Shown here: positions 25,965 through 32,000 of the stretch, piece after piece
How positions within the stretch are numbered: the stretch's first letter is position 1
Layout of the letters: each line of letters begins with the position of its first letter
NCBI RefSeq assembly: GCF_000025685.1
Contig: NC_013966.1
Span: forward strand, 420,001-452,000
DNA from: Haloferax volcanii DS2
GTDB lineage: Archaea > Halobacteriota > Halobacteria > Halobacteriales > Haloferacaceae
Direction of reading: 5' to 3'
Length of the DNA stretch: 32,000 bases
Notes under the pieces: model-generated
Seen by the model: the letters and a program-made list of their open reading frames with translations, nothing else
What the model was told of the DNA's origin: nothing
Databases searched by the model: none
Translations under genes and position numbers: made by a program

Positions 25965-26530
25965 GCAGGCCGCGGCTGCGGACAGTCGTCGCCGACACGA
26001 GTGCGCTGGTCAGTCTCGCCGTCCCACGAGCCGACGCAGCCTACGACACCGACACGGCTCCGGATCCCCTCCAGTATCTCCTCACCTCGTGTGACGTCGC
26101 CGTCCCACCAGAAGTCGTTGCAGAGCTCCGTGACATGGCTCAGTACCAGGACATCCACGGCGCTGCAGCGGCCAACGTCCTCGCCGCTCGCACCCACTAC
26201 ACGGTCGACGACCCCTATGAGCGAGGCGACACGCCCGAGTCGCGACCGACGTTCGGCCTCGACGACGGTGAAACCGACGGCATCGTGCTCGCGAACGCCC
26301 TCGACGTCGATGGCTTTCTGACCGACGAGTTCGGCGGGACGAATTTCGCGCTCATCCATGCGGTCCTGCAGGGTCCGCGTATCGTCCCGACACCACGGTT
26401 GCTCTGTGACTACGCCCGCAACGACCACATGACCCACGAAGAGGCACGAACGCTCATCGAGACGATTAGTCCGCATCGGAGTTGGGAGAACAGCCCCTAC
26501 GCCGCTCAATTGCTGGCCCTCTTGGAGTGA
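25961..26530 (+). CDS. PIN-like nuclease domain protein (VapC-like toxin candidate)
   Basis: 189 aa. 'VVADTSALVSL', 'PPEVVAELRD', 'DDGETDGIVLA' and 'GFLTDEFGG' place four acidic residues in the order expected for a PIN fold. Confidence 0.55.
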   Translation: MSRPRLRTVVADTSALVSLAVPRADAAYDTDTAPDPLQYLLTSCDVAVPPEVVAELRDMAQYQDIHGAAAANVLAARTHYTVDDPYERGDTPESRPTFGLDDGETDGIVLANALDVDGFLTDEFGGTNFALIHAVLQGPRIVPTPRLLCDYARNDHMTHEEARTLIETISPHRSWENSPYAAQLLALLE

Positions 26531-26903
26531 ACCTACCCCGAGGTCAAGCCTCGGGCTTCCTGCTTCCACGACGTTGTCAGGCGAAGTCTGACAGCCTGTC
26601 GAGGGAACCTCGGCAAACGTGCTTTGCATCCACCCGTGAAGGAGTGATTGTAGGGAGCGCAGTCTGCACAGGCGCTGACGAGAGTAGAGATCTCGTCCGC
26701 ACATCAGAATCGCACGGCGATTCTGAGGACGTTGATTCGGAGCGTCCCGCCCCTAACCGCTTGCGACCGCGAGAAAGAATGTTCTTCGCCGCGTTCAGGT
26801 CTCGGCCTTCCTCGTGGCCACACGCCGGACACGAGTGTTCCCGAACCCAAATCGGCCTGTCCGTTACGGATTGATATGAACATCCGCATTCGCCACCAGC
26901 CAT
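26531..26903 (-). pseudogene. tnpB: 5'-truncated, frameshifted IS200/IS605-family TnpB remnant with right-end (omega-RNA-like) region
   Basis: 'CGCSYQSVTDRPIWVREHSCPACGHEEGRDLNAAKNIL' is the TnpB zinc-finger plus RuvC-III region. The usual C-terminal tail '..PVQTALPT..' and 'VVEAGSPRL' appears in two different frames. The terminal hairpin is CCCGAGG-N5-CCTCGGG (26537-26555) and an internal 9-bp hairpin lies at 26704-26726. About 85% of a full-length tnpB is missing. Confidence 0.7.
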
Positions 26904-26936
26904 GTTATTATGTCGAACGGACGGCTATACTCGGCT

Positions 26937-27917
26937 ATGTCATTCAGCGCGGACTGGCTCTCGTTGCTTGAGGAGTGCGACGCGCTTTCAGCGGACGCAA
27001 CGCTTATCACTCCGCTCGCGAACAAGCGGTTCGAGATTACCGAGAGCCAAGAGCACCGTATCATCATCGAGTTCGTCACCTCGGGACAGACACAGCCGCT
27101 GCAGCGCGAGCAGTTCGAAACGCTCGTCGACCGAATCGATTCCTCCGGTGGTGTCTTCGACCTTCAGCGGTTGCCACCCGACGCAGAACCCTACGCAGCG
27201 GTGTTGAGCCTGCATCCGCGCTACGAATGCGACGAACGGGATGGGACGATCACTGAAACTGACGGCTCGACGCGTTCACAGCTAACAGAACACAATCCCA
27301 CCTCATCCACCGACGCCCAGGAGCGTGCCGAACCCGATCTCGACATCTACGCCGATATGCTGCTCTTGATCGATGCGCTTGAGCGCCACGATCCGACGGC
27401 ACTCTCCGAGAGTGAGACGCCCGCACTCATCAACCTCTACACGCTGCTCTCGGATGTCCAGCGAAACGCTGGTGACCTTCGTCAGGCAGTTCGGGAGGTA
27501 CTGCTGGATCGGCTCCACCACGACCAACCGGTTCACGGCCAGTACGGGTCAGTGCAGCGGACGAGCCGACGCAATCGTACGTTGAAAGCCGATGAGGAAG
27601 TCATAGCCCTGCTTGAGGACGCTGGGATTCCTCGTGAACGGATTCTGGCCGTCGATCGCAAGAAGGTCGACGACGCGCTCGAGGTGACTGACCTCTCCGA
27701 AGCAGACGTCTACGAAATCGAGGAGAGCGAGTACGTGCGGAAGGCTGACGTCGACGAAGAACGCAAGGAAACACGGCTACAGGGGTTGAAAGACCAGCTC
27801 GCTCTGAGTGAGAACCCCGACGCCGAGGAGCTGCGCCAAGAGGTTGAGGAACTCGAACAGCGTATCGAGGAGTTGACTGAGTTCAAACCCGGCACAGAGA
27901 TTGGTTCGCGCTCATGA
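26937..27917 (+). CDS. Hypothetical acidic protein with C-terminal coiled-coil
   Basis: ORF 26910..27917. ATG 26937 lies 27-32 nt downstream of 'TTATTA' (26905-26910). I recognised no domain. The C-terminus 'ERKETRLQGLKDQL...ELRQEVEELEQRIEEL' looks coiled-coil. Confidence 0.55.
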   Translation: MSFSADWLSLLEECDALSADATLITPLANKRFEITESQEHRIIIEFVTSGQTQPLQREQFETLVDRIDSSGGVFDLQRLPPDAEPYAAVLSLHPRYECDERDGTITETDGSTRSQLTEHNPTSSTDAQERAEPDLDIYADMLLLIDALERHDPTALSESETPALINLYTLLSDVQRNAGDLRQAVREVLLDRLHHDQPVHGQYGSVQRTSRRNRTLKADEEVIALLEDAGIPRERILAVDRKKVDDALEVTDLSEADVYEIEESEYVRKADVDEERKETRLQGLKDQLALSENPDAEELRQEVEELEQRIEELTEFKPGTEIGSRS

Positions 27918-27952
27918 TGTGCGTACAAGCACGGATCGTCGGGCGAGTGTCG

Positions 27953-29311
27953 TTACTGATCCGTATTCGCTGGGGCGTGTCCTGTCGCATACTGGTCAGC
28001 CATTTCGACCATATCGTAGACGTGAATCCCGGTTTTGAACCAAAGTACACGATCGGCGACACTCCCGAAGTCTTCGCTGGCACACTCCAGTCGCTCCGAG
28101 ACCGCTAACACGAAGTTCTCAGCCTCCACCTGCCGGATCTTCTCCAGCTTCGACTCCAAATACTCCGGGGTCCAGAATCCGACGATCTCGAGGATCGCCC
28201 GCCGACCATCGGGATGTTCGATTGCGAAGTCCGGGATCATCACTTCGGCCCCGAGGTCGAAGACATCGTCCTCGCGGACGAGTTCCCAGTCCGTGTTCGC
28301 TCGCTCCCACTTCTGAGCGAGCGTCCGTTCGACGTCACTATCGAACCGCTTGCCATCGCTGTAGTGCGAATCGAGACCTTCGCTCTGGTCAAGTGCGAAC
28401 TGCCGTGTCTCGTTGGTAGTTTCGTCAACGAGAATCTCGGCGGTCATCTCCCACCGGTCACAGAGGGGTAACGCCGGCAGGAAGTTCGCCATGCGAATCC
28501 CGTACTTCTGTGACTTCGAGAACAACGAGGCTGGCCCATCCAGCACGGCCTCGTAGCCCGTAGCCTGGTCCGTACTCGAAACGCGGTCGCCGTCGGCATC
28601 GATCGGATAGATGCGATGCATCAGTCCGAACAGCTTCACGTAGCTGAACACTGTCCCGAAGTGGTCCCAGACACGAATCCGCATCTCGGTGGCGTCATAG
28701 AGGACTGCCTGGGCGAGCGCGAGGTTGTACCGAGTCAGCAGCCAGTCGACGGTGAGGTCGGTGTGCTCGTATTCCTCGGCACTGCTGCCCGTCAAATTCG
28801 TCGTCGACGGCGACGCATCACCGGTCCTCTCGTATCGGTCGGCCGTCCGCGTGCCGATTCGGACGAGCCGCTTGTTGTCCTCGAGGTCGGCGTACATCCC
28901 ACGGTAGCAGTCTTCGAGCGAAATCCCGAGCTCGTCGGCAATCGCGCTATACACTTCCAGTTTCTGTGTGTCCTCACCGAGCGTCGGCTGGCGGACGATC
29001 GGATACCGCTCGTTGGCTTTCTCGAAGAGCCGCCGCCGAATCTCACGTGGGTCGACCGATGCGACGACCTCGAACTTGCACTCGTCTTTCAGGAGCTTCG
29101 CCAATCCTTGGACGATTTTGTAGTCAGTATCTGCGACGGTCAGCTCGTCGATCGCGTCTTCGAGCTCGCCCTTCGGCTCGTCGAGGTGGTCCTCGAACAA
29201 CTGGATGAGTTCCCGTGCCGTCTCGCGATAGCGCTCGTCGGCTGGGTCGATAAACAGCGGTGTGATCGTCTCGTCGGTCGTGCGCGACCGGGCGAGGTTC
29301 GCGGTCAGCAC
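27953..29311 (-). CDS. bax1: DUF790 family nuclease (Bax1-like, XPB partner)
   Basis: 452 aa with a GTG start that overlaps the XPB stop by 1 nt. The C-terminal 'EVMIPDFAIEH..RRAILEIVGFWTPEYLESKLEKI' looks like a PD-(D/E)xK core. The size and the position downstream of XPB match archaeal Bax1. Confidence 0.7.
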   Translation of the reverse strand: MLTANLARSRTTDETITPLFIDPADERYRETARELIQLFEDHLDEPKGELEDAIDELTVADTDYKIVQGLAKLLKDECKFEVVASVDPREIRRRLFEKANERYPIVRQPTLGEDTQKLEVYSAIADELGISLEDCYRGMYADLEDNKRLVRIGTRTADRYERTGDASPSTTNLTGSSAEEYEHTDLTVDWLLTRYNLALAQAVLYDATEMRIRVWDHFGTVFSYVKLFGLMHRIYPIDADGDRVSSTDQATGYEAVLDGPASLFSKSQKYGIRMANFLPALPLCDRWEMTAEILVDETTNETRQFALDQSEGLDSHYSDGKRFDSDVERTLAQKWERANTDWELVREDDVFDLGAEVMIPDFAIEHPDGRRAILEIVGFWTPEYLESKLEKIRQVEAENFVLAVSERLECASEDFGSVADRVLWFKTGIHVYDMVEMADQYATGHAPANTDQ

Positions 29312-30711
29312 TACGCATTCACCCCCTCTCGACGGCGCTGGGAAACGTACGTCTCCATCGTGTCTTCGGTGATAATTTCGTAGAGGCGTGCTGGCTGGCG
29401 GTCGTCCGTCGGCCGGAGAATGCGGCCGAGCCGCTGTGCATACTGCCGTTTCGATGCGCTCCCCGAGAGGATGATCCCGACGTTCGCCGCCGGGACGTCA
29501 ATCCCCTCGTCGAGAACCTGGGAGGTGGCGAGCATCGAGTACTCTCCAGTGCGGAATCGCTCAAGAATCTCGGTGCGTTCGTCGGTCTTGGTCTGGTGCG
29601 TAATGCAGGGAACGATGAACTCCTGAGAGATTTCGTAGGCGAAGTCGTTGTTCGCGGTGAAGATGATTGCGCGGTCATCGTGATGGCGTTTGATGAGATT
29701 GTCGAGCGTGTCGAGTTTCTTCGTCGCTGTCCGGGCGAGTCGCTCGGCGCGCTGCTTGGCGATGAGCGCCCGCCGTCCCTGGGGGTCGTAGGAGGTGCGC
29801 TTGAGGAACTCCTGGTAGCCGCGTTCCTTCCAGAGATCGAAGTCGTGGCTGTCGACGTAGTCGCGATAGAGCTTGTACTCCTCGTCGTACGTCTCGCGTT
29901 CGTCAGCCGTGAGGTCGACCGACATGTGGATCGTCTCGTACTCGCTGAGGTACTCGCCGGCGAGGTCGTCGACGTGCTCCCGATAGACGACCGGCCCGAG
30001 AAGGTCCTCGAGGAGTTCGTGCTTGCCATCGGGGCGCTCGTAGGTCGCCGTGAGGCCAAGGCGATACGGCGCGATCGTCATCTCGGGGATCTGCCGGTAG
30101 GTCGGGGGTGGCAGGTGGTGTTCCTCGTCGACGACGAGCAGGCCGAACTGGTCACCGTACTCGTTGACGTAACGATAGGCGCTGTCGTAGGTCGTGACGG
30201 TGATCGCGGTGACGTCGTGGCTGCCACCGCCCAGGACGCCGATCGGCTCTGGAAGTTGGTCACCGAAGGCGTTGGTGAGCGTGGCGTGCCACTGGTTCAT
30301 CAGGTCGATCGTCGGCGTCACGACCAGCGCACCGACGCCGGCGTCGGCGATGGCCTGCAGCCCGAGGAACGTTTTCCCGCTGCCCGTCGGGAGGACGACG
30401 CTCCCTCGCCGATTGTGATTAGTCCAAGCGTCGAGGGCGGCCTGCTGATAGTCGCGTGGTTCGATGTGAAGCGCCGGTGTGAGATCGAGAGCAGGATAGG
30501 CCCGCGCAGCGTCTTCGAGAGCGTGATCGAAGCCGTCCTGCAGCGTTGATTGCTCGTTTTTGTCCGCCCACACGCCCGCCCATTCGAGGAGCGGTCGATA
30601 CCGATACGCCTGGGCGCGGTATTCGTCGACGCGGTCGTCCCACTCCGCATACGGGGTATCGTCGGAGGCATCACGGAGCAGGAGGGTTCCGTCGTCGAAT
30701 TCGATTCGCAT
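29311..30711 (-). CDS. xpb: XPB/Rad25-type SF2 DNA helicase
   Basis: 466 aa. The N-terminal 'MRIEFDDGTLLL' resembles the damage-recognition domain. Walker A is 'LPTGSGKT', DExH is 'VVDEEHH', motif III is 'LTATYERPDG', and motif VI is 'QRLGRILR'. Confidence 0.8.
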   Translation of the reverse strand: MRIEFDDGTLLLRDASDDTPYAEWDDRVDEYRAQAYRYRPLLEWAGVWADKNEQSTLQDGFDHALEDAARAYPALDLTPALHIEPRDYQQAALDAWTNHNRRGSVVLPTGSGKTFLGLQAIADAGVGALVVTPTIDLMNQWHATLTNAFGDQLPEPIGVLGGGSHDVTAITVTTYDSAYRYVNEYGDQFGLLVVDEEHHLPPPTYRQIPEMTIAPYRLGLTATYERPDGKHELLEDLLGPVVYREHVDDLAGEYLSEYETIHMSVDLTADERETYDEEYKLYRDYVDSHDFDLWKERGYQEFLKRTSYDPQGRRALIAKQRAERLARTATKKLDTLDNLIKRHHDDRAIIFTANNDFAYEISQEFIVPCITHQTKTDERTEILERFRTGEYSMLATSQVLDEGIDVPAANVGIILSGSASKRQYAQRLGRILRPTDDRQPARLYEIITEDTMETYVSQRRREGVNA

Positions 30712-30827
30712 TCAGTATCAAGATGGATGAGTTCGGACGGATTCAATCTGTGGATTGGACGAGGGTCGGTGAGACGTGGCGCTGTCTGTCTCTGGGGAGG
30801 GATGGTTCGAGTACGGACGCATGGCTC

Positions 30828-31184
30828 TCAGCGGTCGAGCCAGTACTGCCAGTCTGCGATCGCCTGTTCCGTGTTACTGCTGGCATCGACAGGCTCTAAT
30901 TGCTCTAATGGCACGCCAAGTGTTCTGTCCATCCACTCCACCGTTACGAACATCTGGCTGAGCGTTGGCTCAGTCGGGGACATTTCGATAACGCGTACCG
31001 TTTCGCCCACATTCAGGGGCGATTCCGCTCGCTCGATGACACACCGTGCTTCGAAGGGAAAGTCCATCGTGTCGCCCAGATACGCGTGCCAGCCCATCGC
31101 CTGTTCTTCAGCACCGTACGTATCGACGGTGATCTGCGTCTCGATGCGTTCGTCTCGCTCTTCGTCTCTCTCGGCTCGTGGCAT
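30828..31184 (-). CDS. CcbP-like 'calcium-binding' family small acidic protein
   Basis: The Met at 31184 gives 118 aa. 'DERDERIETQITVDTYGAEEQAMGWHAYLGDTMDFPFEARC' and '..VPLEQLEPVD...EQAIADWQYW' fit the pattern of the family annotated as calcium-binding (CcbP-like) in haloarchaea. Confidence 0.55.
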   Translation of the reverse strand: MPRAERDEERDERIETQITVDTYGAEEQAMGWHAYLGDTMDFPFEARCVIERAESPLNVGETVRVIEMSPTEPTLSQMFVTVEWMDRTLGVPLEQLEPVDASSNTEQAIADWQYWLDR

Positions 31185-31481
31185 ACCCCTCAGTATGCAC
31201 TCTGTTCGTAAGGTACTCTGGACAGCCGGGTCCACCTATCGAAAGCTTGCTCGACTGTGACTGCAGAATTCATTGCTTGAGTCGCCGGACAAGATTAACC
31301 AACAGCACGTGTCAAATCCGATTATTGTTGGTTAATTCGATGGACTGGAGTTGTGTGATGACGTATAGAGGCCCCTCACGGCGTGAAACCAGCTTGATAG
31401 AGGCTACTCATTGTCATGTGACCAGGATGTGTGACATCAGCCAGTCAGCGTTCGACGTCGTCGATCCAATAGCGCACTGCG

Positions 31482-31976
31482 CTATGGAAATTCGTAGCCA
31501 CAGTTCGGACAGAAGTTTTCGTCGCCATCCAGCAGAGAGAGGCACTCAACACAGATACGGTTGCTCGGAGCGGTGGCGATATCCTCTAGAAAGTCCATCG
31601 CAGTCTGTGACGCAGCACCCGGCCGATAGCCGTCAGCGTAGCCCGGCAGTGTCGAGGCCCATCGGACGGTCCCCTCATCATCGACGACCGCGACGTTCCC
31701 AGCGATGTCGAGTCTCCCGTAGCGTTTGAACGCCTCTGACGGTGTCTGGTCAATGGTCTGGTTCAACGCACGGTTGCGTTTGAGGTCGCGCTCGTAGACC
31801 TCCTCAGGCGTCGAGGAGCGTACGTCGCCTGGGAAGTCTGTGATCGGCCCGTGCTGCTCGTCGATCCGGTCGATCTCGACAGCGATGCCGTGCTCGTCGT
31901 GCAGCGTTCGCAAGAGCCGGAGCGCGTGGTCGTGCCACTCTCGGACGTCCGCATCGGCGTAGTAGCGGAGGATCAT
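31482..31976 (-). CDS. Hypothetical protein with C-terminal zinc ribbon
   Basis: 164 aa. The C-terminus 'CVECLSLLDGDENFCPNCGYEF' carries two CxxC pairs. I did not recognise the N-terminal part. Confidence 0.5.
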   Translation of the reverse strand: MILRYYADADVREWHDHALRLLRTLHDEHGIAVEIDRIDEQHGPITDFPGDVRSSTPEEVYERDLKRNRALNQTIDQTPSEAFKRYGRLDIAGNVAVVDDEGTVRWASTLPGYADGYRPGAASQTAMDFLEDIATAPSNRICVECLSLLDGDENFCPNCGYEFP

Positions 31977-32000
31977 GTGTCCTGCTCAGTGGTTTCTGCG

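Noticed and set aside
25913-26704. 263-aa ORF on the minus strand
   Set aside because: It is antisense to the PIN-like gene over most of its length, basic and low-complexity. Its start lies in a shifted frame of the TnpB remnant. It is a typical GC-rich shadow ORF.
28616-30549. Long plus-strand ORFs (28616..29383, 255 aa, and 29596..30549, 317 aa)
   Set aside because: They are antisense to the well-supported Bax1-like and XPB genes. They are Arg/Val/Gly-rich with no motifs, which is the shadow-ORF pattern of high-GC coding DNA.
1-32000. Searched for CRISPR arrays, tRNA/rRNA genes, and tandem or interspersed short repeats other than IS termini
   Set aside because: I saw no regularly spaced direct repeats, no cloverleaf-like or rRNA-like conserved stretches, and nothing supportable by eye. 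A tRNAscan, Infernal or CRISPR-finder run would be needed to exclude them formally.

Overview
This window looks like a haloarchaeal accessory or plasmid-type region. The evidence is strongly acidic proteins, an HTH_10 (Bat-type) regulator, a Tat/lipobox substrate-binding protein, ISH-type insertion sequences, and TATA boxes about 28 nt upstream of start codons (leaderless-style spacing). The window is a compositional mosaic. Hand counts of single 60-nt lines give about 57-68% GC at 2.3-7.6 kb and 21.5-32 kb, and about 28-50% GC at 7.6-18.8 kb and 20.2-21.5 kb. There are four IS elements. Three are copies of a 1.4-kb element with a 16-bp IR (ISH3/ISH27-like): 4267-5664 (-), 6200-7596 (+) and 21544-22941 (+). 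The fourth is a 1.44-kb IS4-family element at 18769-20210. The low-GC block between IS copies B and C carries an 8-gene minus-strand cluster: DUF1611, a dipeptide-epimerase-like enolase, a D-aminoacylase-type amidohydrolase and a five-component Dpp/Opp-type ABC importer. This predicts uptake and stereo-conversion of D-amino-acid-containing peptides or D-Glu. The high-GC parts are dense in toxin-antitoxin or defence-like pairs. These are DUF6516(TumE-like)+HTH, wHTH-MNT+HEPN (the HEPN gene is cleanly split by IS copy A with an intact AATCT duplication), an AbiE-like wHTH+nucleotidyltransferase pair, and RHH+PIN. The high-GC part also holds a 5'-truncated, frameshifted TnpB remnant that keeps its right-end hairpins, an XPB-Bax1 helicase/nuclease pair, and several unknown proteins. 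I saw no rRNA, tRNA or CRISPR array. All family assignments come from motif recognition by eye and need HMM/BLAST confirmation.
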